NCBI GenBank assembly: GCA_046593895.1
Contig: JBKJQR010000279.1
Location: 1 to 63,345, forward strand
Source of the DNA: Gemmatimonadaceae bacterium
GTDB taxonomy: Bacteria > Gemmatimonadota > Gemmatimonadetes > Gemmatimonadales > Gemmatimonadaceae
Length of the DNA: 63,345 nt
Reading direction: 5' to 3'
Position 1 is the stretch's first letter. Every line of letters begins with the position of its first letter. The position numbers were made by a program, and so were the translations under genes. Under the pieces are notes generated by a model, which saw only the letters and a list, made by a program, of their open reading frames with translations, had not been told where the DNA came from and did not search any database. Positions 11,499 through 20,186 of the stretch are shown here, in pieces.

Positions 11499-13808
11499 AT
11501 GCGCTCCGACGAGCTCGCGGCGCGCCTCCTCGCCATGTTCGTCGAGGAGCTCGAGGAGCAGCTCCGCGTGATGAACGAGGACCTGCTGACGCTCGAGCGT
11601 ACGCCGGGGGACGCGGAGCGACTGCGATCGTTGTTCCGCAGCGTGCATTCCCTCAAGGGGGCGGCGCGGGCGGCGGGAGTCCTGCCCCTCGAGGAACTCT
11701 GCCACGCACTCGAGGGCGAGCTCGCGCAGGCGCGCGACGGTGAGCATCCGCTGGCGGCGGCGCAGCTGGTTCACGGCTTCGCCGCGGCCGATGCACTGGC
11801 CGATGCGGCGCGGCGACTGCGCGCCGGTGAGACCATCCCGGCCGGTGAGTACGACGCGATGCTGCTCGCCATCCGCAGCGGCACGCCAATGCCGCGGTCG
11901 CCGAGTCGCTTCGCCGAGCCGGCGGGCGACGGGAAAACGGCGACCAGGCGCTCCGGGCCGGTCACCATCGTGACGTCCGACGCGCGGCCACTGCCTAACG
12001 GTGGACCTGGCACAACGGTCCCCGCGGTCCTCGCGGGCGACGCAGTCGCCGCGGCCGATGCCAACGCGCCGACCGCGCCGCTGGCGGTAGTCTCGTCGCC
12101 TGCCGCGACCGCCCACGGCGAGGAAGCGGTTGACGAGCAGGTGCGCATCGGTGTCCGCCGTCTCGATGGATTGACCGCCGCGGTCGCCGAGTTGCGCGAG
12201 ATGTCGGGGACGGTGAGCAACTGGCCCGAGGAACTGCGGCAGATGCGCGCCCAGCTGCTCCGCTGGCGGACCGTGTGGCAGCGCGAGGGAAAAGCCGACA
12301 TCGCGGCGGTCGAGACGCTGCTCACCGAAGTCGCAAAGACCATCGGCGTGCTCGAGCGCGACATCCAGGAGCAGGCGCGTGGAGCGGATACGATCAGCGA
12401 GCGGCTGCTCGAGAGCGCGCGCCACATCCGCCAGCGTCCATTCGGCGACATCGCCCAGCCGCTCACCCGCGTTGGTCGCGACGTGGCCGTGGGCACGGGG
12501 AAGGAAGCGCGCGTCGTCATCGGTGGGGAACGGGTCGAGGCTGACCGGACCGTGCTCGAGGCGCTGCGTGAGCCATTGATGCACCTCGTCCGCAACGCGG
12601 TCGATCACGGGCTCGAGTTGCCGGCGGACCGCGAGCGCGCCGGCAAGCCGCGCGAGGGCACGGTCCGCATCGACGCCGCGCTCCGCGGTGATCGCCTGAC
12701 GGTGACGGTCCGCGACGATGGACGGGGGCTCGACATTCCCGCCATCCGCGCCGCGCTGGCGCGCAAGGGCCGGCCGGTGCCTAACGACGAACTGGGGGTC
12801 GCCCGCTCGCTGCTCGCCGCACAGCTCTCGACGCGGGCCGTGGCGACCGAGATCTCCGGGCGGGGCGTCGGGCTCGACGCGGCCCGCGCGGCGGTCGAGC
12901 GGATCGGCGGATCGCTCGATGTGCGCTGGACGCGCGGAGCGGGCACGGCGTTCATTCTCGACGCGCCGCTCAGCATCGCCACGATGCGCGCGCTGCTCGT
13001 TCGCGTCGGAGGTCACCCGATCGGCGTGCCGACGGCGCTCATCGAGCGCGTCGAGCGCGCGCCGGCGGACCAGACACGTGTCGTCGGTGGAGAACGCGTG
13101 CTCGCCAGCGGCCAGGCGCCACTTCGACTTGCCTCGCTGGCGCGACTGCTCGGCGTCCGCCGCGAGGAGGCGCCTGACGATGGCGAGCCGTTGCAGGTCG
13201 TCGTTGTCGTCGCCGCCGGTACGCGCCTCGCGCTGGTCGTCGACGAGTTGATCGAGGAGCGCGAGGTGATCGTCCGCCCGATCGAGTACGCGCCGAGTGT
13301 GAGTGCGCGCTACGTCGGGGCCGCGCTGCTCGCCAATGGCGAAGTTGCGCCGGTGCTCAACGTGCCCGGCGTGATCGGCGAAGCCGGCGACCGCGGCGCC
13401 GCGCGCGTCAGCGATGATGCAGCTGGCGCGCGACGGTCGCGCATTCTCGTCGCCGATGATTCGCTCACGACGCGCACGCTCGAGGAGAACGTGCTGGCGG
13501 CCGCCGGCTACGACGTCGTCACCGCGCCTGACGGCGCCGAGGCACTGCGCATCGTCGAAGCGGGCGGGATCGACCTCGTCGTCACTGACGTCGAGATGCC
13601 GCGAATGACCGGACTCGAACTATGCGCGCGCATCCGGGCGTCGCGCGCCAACGCATCACTCCCCGTGATCATCGTCTCCTCACTCGATCGCCCCGAACAT
13701 CGCGCCGCCGGAATGGAAGCCGGCGCTGACGCCTACGTCACCAAGTCGAGCTTCGAGCAGGGTGAGCTCATCGCGCTCGTCGAACGGCTGATCGGACGGT
13801 CTGCATGA
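11499..13808 (+). CDS. cheA: Hybrid CheA histidine kinase with C-terminal receiver (WspE-like)
   Basis: Hpt site FRSVHSLKGAARAAG, HATPase region LMHLVRNAVDHGLE...GRGVGLDA, a CheW-like domain, and a C-terminal REC ILVADDSLTTR...DLVVTDVEMPRMTG. Confidence 0.9.
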   Translation: MRSDELAARLLAMFVEELEEQLRVMNEDLLTLERTPGDAERLRSLFRSVHSLKGAARAAGVLPLEELCHALEGELAQARDGEHPLAAAQLVHGFAAADALADAARRLRAGETIPAGEYDAMLLAIRSGTPMPRSPSRFAEPAGDGKTATRRSGPVTIVTSDARPLPNGGPGTTVPAVLAGDAVAAADANAPTAPLAVVSSPAATAHGEEAVDEQVRIGVRRLDGLTAAVAELREMSGTVSNWPEELRQMRAQLLRWRTVWQREGKADIAAVETLLTEVAKTIGVLERDIQEQARGADTISERLLESARHIRQRPFGDIAQPLTRVGRDVAVGTGKEARVVIGGERVEADRTVLEALREPLMHLVRNAVDHGLELPADRERAGKPREGTVRIDAALRGDRLTVTVRDDGRGLDIPAIRAALARKGRPVPNDELGVARSLLAAQLSTRAVATEISGRGVGLDAARAAVERIGGSLDVRWTRGAGTAFILDAPLSIATMRALLVRVGGHPIGVPTALIERVERAPADQTRVVGGERVLASGQAPLRLASLARLLGVRREEAPDDGEPLQVVVVVAAGTRLALVVDELIEEREVIVRPIEYAPSVSARYVGAALLANGEVAPVLNVPGVIGEAGDRGAARVSDDAAGARRSRILVADDSLTTRTLEENVLAAAGYDVVTAPDGAEALRIVEAGGIDLVVTDVEMPRMTGLELCARIRASRANASLPVIIVSSLDRPEHRAAGMEAGADAYVTKSSFEQGELIALVERLIGRSA

Positions 13809-14863
13809 TTCGCGTCCTCGTCGCCGATGATTCGCCGACCGCGCGCACGCTGATCGTCAGCATGCTGGCGAGCGATCCCGAGTTGCAGATCATCGGCGAG
13901 GCGAAGAATGGCGTGGAAGCGGTCGAGATGGCCGAGCGACTGCGCCCCGACCTGATCACGATGGATGTGCAGATGCCGCTGATGGATGGGCTCACCGCGA
14001 CGCAGGCGATCATGTCGCGCTTCCCGACGCCGATCATCATCGTCTCCAGCCAGGCGGACCTCCGCCAGGCCGAGTTGTCGCTCGAGGCGACGCGCGCCGG
14101 TGCGCTGATCGTCCTTCCGAAGCCGGTCGGTCCCGCCTCACCCGGCTTCGCCGCACAGCGCGACCAGCTTGTGACGATGGCGAAGGCGATGTCGAAGGTG
14201 AAAGTGGTGCGCCGCTGGAGCTCGACTGGTGTCGCTACCCCGACACCGCCGTCGGTACCGCGCATATCGGACCGTAAGGATGCACGGAAGCGCAGCGAGA
14301 TCATCGCGATCGGCGCATCGACCGGGGGACCGGCGGCGCTGCGCGATATCCTCGCCGCGCTGCCGAAGACCTTCCCGGCGCCGATTATAGTGGCGCAGCA
14401 CATCGCGAAGGGGTTCGTCGAGGCGCTCGCGCACTGGCTCGATGGCGCCGGCCAGCTTCGGGTCACCGTCGCCACTGAAGGCGATGTCCTCCGACCGGCG
14501 ACCGTGTACATCGCTCCCGACGACCGGCATCTCGGTGTCGTCGCGGGTCGCGGCGGCGCGATCAGCGTCGCGCTGTCGCAGGCACCGGCGATCGGCAGCT
14601 TCCGTCCCTCGGCGACGCACCTCTTCGAATCGGTGGGCCGGGCGGCAGGCGCGGCGGTGACTGCGGTGATCCTCACGGGGATGGGCGACGACGGCGTCCG
14701 CGGACTGTCCGTCGTCCGCAGCACCGGCGGCCGCGTCATCGCCCAGGACGAGGCGAGCTGCGTGATCTACGGGATGCCGCGGGAAGCGGTACGGGCCGGT
14801 GTCGTCGACATCATCGCGCCGTTAGGCGACATCGCCGGGCATCTCATGCAGGTCGTCGCATGA
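13805..14863 (+). CDS. cheB: CheB protein-glutamate methylesterase (REC plus methylesterase)
   Basis: ATGA overlap with the cheA stop. REC MIRVLVADDSPTAR...ITMDVQMPLMDG. Esterase core IIAIGASTGGPAAL and GMGDDG. Confidence 0.9.
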   Translation: MIRVLVADDSPTARTLIVSMLASDPELQIIGEAKNGVEAVEMAERLRPDLITMDVQMPLMDGLTATQAIMSRFPTPIIIVSSQADLRQAELSLEATRAGALIVLPKPVGPASPGFAAQRDQLVTMAKAMSKVKVVRRWSSTGVATPTPPSVPRISDRKDARKRSEIIAIGASTGGPAALRDILAALPKTFPAPIIVAQHIAKGFVEALAHWLDGAGQLRVTVATEGDVLRPATVYIAPDDRHLGVVAGRGGAISVALSQAPAIGSFRPSATHLFESVGRAAGAAVTAVILTGMGDDGVRGLSVVRSTGGRVIAQDEASCVIYGMPREAVRAGVVDIIAPLGDIAGHLMQVVA

Positions 14864-16632
14864 CGGCGTCGCGGTCGCGCACCGACACCGCGGCTCCGCT
14901 GCCCCGCGTGCTCGTCGTCGACGACAGTGCGACGCAGGCCGGCGCGCTGTCGATGCTGCTCGAGGAGCATGGCATCTCGACGCGCATCGCCCGCAGCGGC
15001 GAGCAGGCACTCGACATGGTGCGCGCCGAGGTCCCCGACCTCGTGCTCAGCGACGTCGTCATGCCGGGGATCGACGGCTACGAAGTATGCCGGCGGATCA
15101 AGGTGGACCTCGGGCTCCCGAACCTGCCCGTCGTGCTGCTGACCAGCCTCACCGACCAGATCGCGATCGTCCGCGCGCTGGCCAGTGGCGCCGATCATTA
15201 CGTCACCAAGCCTTACGATGCGGAGCGCCTCGTCGCCCGCGTCCGACAGGTGCTCACGCGCGAAGTGGCGACTCCGTTTCCGCTCAGCGCGCCGGTGGTG
15301 ATCGACCTGTTCGGCACGCCGTTCCAGATCAATGCGAGCAAGGAGAAGATTCTCGACCTTCTCGTCTCGAGCTACGGCGACCTCGTTCGCACGAGCGAGG
15401 CGGTGCGCGCCGCCGAGCAGCGGGCGCGATTCCTCGCCGCCGCCGGCGAACGGCTTTCGGCGTCGCTCGACGTCGAGGGCACGCTGCGCGAACTGGCGCG
15501 GCTCAGCGTCCCGGCGCTCGCCGACATCTGCATGGTCGACATCGTCGATCCGGACGGATCGCTCCGCCGCGTCGACGTGACCCATGGCGATCCGGCGGCG
15601 GCGAGCGCGGTGGGCGCGCTGCGCGCGATCACCCAAGAGATAGGAGTGTCGGCCCTCACCCGCCGCGCTGTGAGCACGGGCGCCCCGGTCTTCATCGGGC
15701 AGATCGACGACACGATTATTCGCGAGCTGGCGCCAACCGACGCGCACTTTGCCGCGGTGCGCGCCCTCAACGCGAGGGCGGTCATCGCTGTGCCCCTCGT
15801 CGCCCGCGCGAAAACGTTAGGCGCGGTCGCCTTCGTCGCGACCAACGCGGCGCGGCCGTACGGCGACGAGGAGCGCGCGCTGGCCGTCGAGCTGGCGCGA
15901 CGGGCGGCACTGGCGATGGACAATGCGCGGCTCTACACCGAGGCCCAGGCCGCGACGAGCGCGCGCGACGATGTCCTCGCGATCGTGTCGCACGACCTGC
16001 GCAACCCGATCCACACGATCCAGATGAGCGCCGCGCTGCTCCAGGAGCTCTACCCCGATCCGGAGGAGCTGCTGATCCGTCAGCTCGCGGTTATTCGCCG
16101 GGCGAGCCGTCGCGCCAACGCGCTGATCCAGGACCTGCTCGACGTCAGCCGGATCGAATCGGGAACGCTTGCCGTCGAACGCGGCGCACTCGATGCACGG
16201 TCAGTGGTCGACGAGGTCATCGTCGAGCTGCGACCGATCGCCGAGGAGAAGCATCTCGTGCTCGAGGGCACCTGGACCGGCGAGCCAGCGCAGGTGCCCG
16301 GCGATCGCGACCGGTTGATTCAGGCGTTCTCGAACCTGATCGGCAACGCGGTGAAATTCACCCCGAGCGGCGGGCGCATCACGATGACCGGTGCCGTCGT
16401 CAACCAGATGGTGGAGTATCGCATCCAGGACAGCGGCGGCGGCATCCCTGCTGAGCACCTGCCGCATCTCTTCGATCGGTTCTGGCAGGCAAAGCGGACG
16501 GGTCGCGCCGGTGCCGGCCTTGGGCTCTTCATCACGAACGGGATCGTCGGGGCACACGGCGGAACGCTGACCGTCGAAAGCGTCGAAGGCGAGGGCGCAA
16601 CCTTCGTCGTCAGGCTACCGCAAACGAGTTAG
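14860..16632 (+). CDS. Hybrid REC-GAF-HisKA-HATPase histidine kinase (terminal gene of the che operon)
   Basis: ATGA overlap with the cheB stop. REC VLVVDDSATQ...LVLSDVVMPGIDG. GAF-like LDVEGTLRELARLSVPALADICMVDIV...LGAVAFV. H-box SHDLRNPIHTI. ATPase boxes NLIGNAVKFTP, DSGGGI, GAGLGLFI. Confidence 0.85.
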   Translation: MTASRSRTDTAAPLPRVLVVDDSATQAGALSMLLEEHGISTRIARSGEQALDMVRAEVPDLVLSDVVMPGIDGYEVCRRIKVDLGLPNLPVVLLTSLTDQIAIVRALASGADHYVTKPYDAERLVARVRQVLTREVATPFPLSAPVVIDLFGTPFQINASKEKILDLLVSSYGDLVRTSEAVRAAEQRARFLAAAGERLSASLDVEGTLRELARLSVPALADICMVDIVDPDGSLRRVDVTHGDPAAASAVGALRAITQEIGVSALTRRAVSTGAPVFIGQIDDTIIRELAPTDAHFAAVRALNARAVIAVPLVARAKTLGAVAFVATNAARPYGDEERALAVELARRAALAMDNARLYTEAQAATSARDDVLAIVSHDLRNPIHTIQMSAALLQELYPDPEELLIRQLAVIRRASRRANALIQDLLDVSRIESGTLAVERGALDARSVVDEVIVELRPIAEEKHLVLEGTWTGEPAQVPGDRDRLIQAFSNLIGNAVKFTPSGGRITMTGAVVNQMVEYRIQDSGGGIPAEHLPHLFDRFWQAKRTGRAGAGLGLFITNGIVGAHGGTLTVESVEGEGATFVVRLPQTS

Positions 16633-16856
16633 GCGCGCCGCTTGTCGTGGCGGCGGTCGCCCTCGCGCCGCTCATGTTTGGTGCGTCGCCGCAGCCACGC
16701 TGCGGAAAACCAGACCGCGACACCAATGAGGATGATGTAGACCGGTGGCAGCAGCGGCTTGTACGCTGGTGACCAGTTGCCGAACCAGCGGAGCGCGAAC
16801 ATCGCTCCCCCGATCAATAGCAGTACGACGGCAAACCTCGTATAGCGCCTGTGCAT
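16629..16856 (-). CDS. Small two-TM membrane protein with a basic C-terminal tail (hypothetical)
   Basis: ORF 16629..16976 trimmed to ATG 16856 (MHRRYTRFAVVLLLIGGAMFAL...). Its stop overlaps the stop of the convergent kinase gene. Confidence 0.5.
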   Translation of the reverse strand: MHRRYTRFAVVLLLIGGAMFALRWFGNWSPAYKPLLPPVYIILIGVAVWFSAAWLRRRTKHERREGDRRHDKRRA

Positions 16857-17012
16857 CCCGGATCCATTGCTGAAGTACTGCCGTTCGCGTGCGCGAAAAC
16901 TAATCCGTGGCCCGTACGCCAGCGGGATAACGCACGAACGGCGTCGAGGGTTGGCACCTCGACGCCGTTCGCTCACAGTCGGACACCGGCAGCGGCGGCG
17001 CGTTGTCCTGCT

Positions 17013-17435
17013 CTACCGCAACACTCCGGCATCGGCGACGGCCGACGTTTCAGCCCTCCGCAGGCGTTCTTCGAGCTCCGCGCGCCGGCGACGTGTATCC
17101 GCGGCCTCATCCTCGACGGCGGTGATGCCGGCGACCTTGCGGTCGTGCTCGGCCTTCACGACGACGAGGCGGGTCTCCAGCGTCACGATCTTTTTATCGT
17201 AGCCATGGAGCTGCGCGGCGAGGCGACGATTCTCCTGCTGCATCGCGACGACCTGTGCACGGTCCTCGTTCATGTGCCAGGCCCGATGGACGATGTTGTT
17301 GCTCGGCGCTTCCGCCGTGACGGTGACGGTCGACAGGACGTTAGGCGGATGGCTGTCTGTACCCTGCGCCTGGGCGCTGGTGCGCACGGCGGTCAGGGGC
17401 AGCGCCATCGCCACGAGCGCGACGGTGCGTGACAT
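17013..17435 (-). CDS. Secreted coiled-coil protein (hypothetical)
   Basis: ORF 17013..17651 trimmed to ATG 17435. Signal peptide MSRTVALVAMALPLTAVRTSAQA followed by a heptad-like charged helix (ENRRLAAQLHGYDKKIVTLETRL...). Confidence 0.5.
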   Translation of the reverse strand: MSRTVALVAMALPLTAVRTSAQAQGTDSHPPNVLSTVTVTAEAPSNNIVHRAWHMNEDRAQVVAMQQENRRLAAQLHGYDKKIVTLETRLVVVKAEHDRKVAGITAVEDEAADTRRRRAELEERLRRAETSAVADAGVLR

Positions 17436-17764
17436 CGGTACTCCTTGCTTCTGGGGCCCCGGGCACGGTGGCAACCGCCACGTCCTCAACCCGGGTCGAA
17501 CGAACTTCGTTCTACAGACGCAGCATTTGATTGTGCCGCAACGTGATCGGTTTTTTGTGGGAATCGCCATTAGGTTTTCGTGATAGCGAAGGCGACAGTT
17601 GTGCGAGCCACGCCCGGGTGCGAGAACATGTGACCCGAGCCACCACACCACGAGTGACCGCGATTACCAGATGGGCCGACCCAGCAGATTCCGCGCGCAG
17701 TCTGTACGCTCACCGCGCGCCCACCGACGCAGCTGACGCATCCCCCTCACCGGAACAGTCACAC

Positions 17765-18757
17765 GTGCAAGCCGCCCCTCTCATTGAATGGCCGGAGCCG
17801 ATTTTTCAGCTCATCGACTTCATCGCGCTCTTCCTCACCGCGGGCGCCGTCGGCTTCCGCTACTCGTCACTGCGGGGCAGGATCGGTCGGCGCGTGGCCG
17901 GCGGAGCGAGACTGGCGAGCGATCGCTCGGACGGCGGGACGAGCGACGCGGCGGTGTACGTAATCGCCGCGCAACGCGCCGCAATGCTCGGCGTCGCCGG
18001 TGCGGCGATCATGCTCGGCCGCGCGCTGCAGAACCTTCCGTCGATGGCAGCACGCGCGCACACGACCACCAGTGCATTGTTGGCGACCGACTTCGGCGCG
18101 CAGCTGCTCGTCGGTTGCGCGGTGCTCGCACTCGGCGGGCTGATCCTGGCGAGCGTCAGGCTGCCCATTGGCTGGCTGCTTGGCGCGATCGGGCTCGTCG
18201 TCGGCACCCTTCGCGGCGCGCTGGTCGGACGATGGGCGCAGTTGATCAACCCGATGCACAAGCTCTCGGCGGGGCTCTGGATCGGGACGCTGCTCGTCAT
18301 CGTCATCGTCGGGCTTTCCCTCGCGCTGCATGGTGACACGCCGGCCGAGCGACGCGGACCGATCGCCGCCGCGCTGATCAACAGCTTCTCGCCGCTGGCC
18401 CTGGCCTGCGGCGGGTTTGTCGTGGTGTTCGGGCTCATCACCGCATGGACGCACCTCAATCCACTGTCGTCGCTCTGGACGACGCCGTATGGCTGGGCGC
18501 TGATGACGAAGCTCGTCGTTGTCGCGCTGGTGTTCGCGCTGGGCGGCTGGAACTGGCGTCGCGTCCGGCCAACGTTAGGCAGCGAGACCGGTGCCTACGC
18601 TGTTCGCCGCTCGGCGAGCGGCGAGCTGGTGGCCGCGGGGATCGTGCTGCTGATCACGGCGATTCTCGTCAGCCTGCCGTCGCCGCGGCGCCCGGGTGGG
18701 CCCGGTGGTCCACCTGGGGCTCCGCCGGCCGCCGCGCCCGCCGCGCCGGGCAACTGA
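17765..18757 (+). CDS. Polytopic membrane protein, CopD-like (putative)
   Basis: ORF 17531..18757. Plausible GTG start at 17765 just before the first TM. About 8 TM helices. C-terminal LNPLSSLWTTPYGWALMTKLVVVALVFALGGWNWRRVRP resembles the CopD family. Pro/Gly-rich tail. Confidence 0.5.
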   Translation: MQAAPLIEWPEPIFQLIDFIALFLTAGAVGFRYSSLRGRIGRRVAGGARLASDRSDGGTSDAAVYVIAAQRAAMLGVAGAAIMLGRALQNLPSMAARAHTTTSALLATDFGAQLLVGCAVLALGGLILASVRLPIGWLLGAIGLVVGTLRGALVGRWAQLINPMHKLSAGLWIGTLLVIVIVGLSLALHGDTPAERRGPIAAALINSFSPLALACGGFVVVFGLITAWTHLNPLSSLWTTPYGWALMTKLVVVALVFALGGWNWRRVRPTLGSETGAYAVRRSASGELVAAGIVLLITAILVSLPSPRRPGGPGGPPGAPPAAAPAAPGN

Positions 18758-20139
18758 TGGACGACGGCACCACGCTTCTCGACGTCTTCACCGCGCGGGT
18801 TTCGCGACATCCCGACCGGCTCGCGCTCGAAGAGCTTGCGGCAGGCGGTGCGCGCCGTGACGTCCGGCTCACCTGGCGTGACTGGCACGAGCTGTCGAGC
18901 CGCGTCGCACGCGCCCTGCTCCGCGACGGCGTGCAGCCCGGCGACGCGGTCGCCATCGTCGCCGGCAATCGCAACATCTGGCCGATCGCCGACGTCGGAG
19001 TGTTGATGGCCGGCGGAGTGAGCGTCGGCGTCGACCCGGCGAGCCCGGTCGAGCAGGTCGTCGCGCAGCTCAGTGATTGCAGCGCGGTCGCGGCGATCGT
19101 CGACAGCACCGAGCACCTCGCGCAGCTGTTCGAGGCGCGCGGTGAACTTCCCGCACTCCAGCTGATCGTGTGCGAAGATGGCCCATCGAACGGCGCCCGG
19201 TGGTGGGGGGAGTGGCTCGGCGACGCAATGGCTGGCGGCGCTCCACTGCCGCGCGCCACTCCCGACGACATCGCGCTCCTCATCTATCCAGGCGGCGCAG
19301 CAGCTGAGCCGCGGGGTGCGCGCATCTCGCATCGTTATCTCTCGGCGAGCACGGCATCGCTGCGCACCGTGGTCGGCCTCGGTGATTCCGATCGTTCGTT
19401 GAGCTTCCTCCCGTATTGCGATGCACGTGAACGTGTCTTCGGACTCTACACGCAAATCCTCTGCGGGATGTCGATCGGTCATGTCGAACGGCGCGAGAAG
19501 ATCGAGTCCGCGGCCCGTGCCTTCGAGCCGACGTTCTTCAGCGGCCGGCCGGAGCAGTTCGCCGGGCTGCACGAGTCGATGCTCGCCCACCATCGCGCGT
19601 TAGGCGACGCCGACCGGGATCGCTGGGATGAAGCGATGACGCTCGGTCGTGAGCGGGCGACCCTTCGCCAGCGCAACGAGCGCGTCCCCGACCTGCTCGA
19701 AGCACGTTGGCGTCTCGCCAGCGCCGGCTGTCGCAACGCGCTATCGCGGCTACTCGGTGGCCGCGTGCGCCTGGCGACCGTGGCTGGCGCCGGTCTGCCC
19801 GCCGACACCGCCGATTACCTCGACGCGGCGGGCCTGACCGTCCTTGCCAGCTACGGCCAGGCGGAGCATCTCTGCATCGCCATGCACCGGCCCGACGATT
19901 ACGACGCGACGACCGCCGGGCCGCCGATGCCGGGAACGGAGCTGCGAATCGCCGATGACGGCGAGCTGCTGGTCCGCCGCGGGGCGCTGACCTTTGCCGG
20001 GTATCACGAAAAGCCTAACGCGAGCCGCGCCGCGTTCACCGCTGACGGCCTCTGGCTGAAGACCGGTGATACCGCCGAGCTCGCACCCACTGGTCGCCTC
20101 CGCCTGACCGGTCAGAAGCACCGGGCGGTCGACGCCTGA
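18757..20139 (+). CDS. AMP-dependent synthetase/ligase-like protein, N-terminal domain only (possibly decayed)
   Basis: ORF 18445..20139 trimmed to ATG 18757 (TGATG overlap with the upstream gene). Adenylate-forming fold with WLKTGDTAEL. The P-loop-like motif is degenerate (YPGGAAAEPRGA). The ORF ends at the hinge (RLTGQKHRAVDA-stop). Confidence 0.7.
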   Translation: MDDGTTLLDVFTARVSRHPDRLALEELAAGGARRDVRLTWRDWHELSSRVARALLRDGVQPGDAVAIVAGNRNIWPIADVGVLMAGGVSVGVDPASPVEQVVAQLSDCSAVAAIVDSTEHLAQLFEARGELPALQLIVCEDGPSNGARWWGEWLGDAMAGGAPLPRATPDDIALLIYPGGAAAEPRGARISHRYLSASTASLRTVVGLGDSDRSLSFLPYCDARERVFGLYTQILCGMSIGHVERREKIESAARAFEPTFFSGRPEQFAGLHESMLAHHRALGDADRDRWDEAMTLGRERATLRQRNERVPDLLEARWRLASAGCRNALSRLLGGRVRLATVAGAGLPADTADYLDAAGLTVLASYGQAEHLCIAMHRPDDYDATTAGPPMPGTELRIADDGELLVRRGALTFAGYHEKPNASRAAFTADGLWLKTGDTAELAPTGRLRLTGQKHRAVDA

Positions 20140-20186
20140 CGATTCCTGCCTAACGCTTGACGCCTGACGCCTCCCGCCTAACGCCC
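20131..20186. repeat. 28-bp tandem duplication carrying four same-orientation GCCTRACG copies at a 14-bp phase
   Basis: gacGCCTGACGattcctGCCTAACGctt / gacGCCTGACGcctcccGCCTAACGccc. Motif starts are at 20134, 20148, 20162 and 20176. It lies between two convergent genes. Confidence 0.85.
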
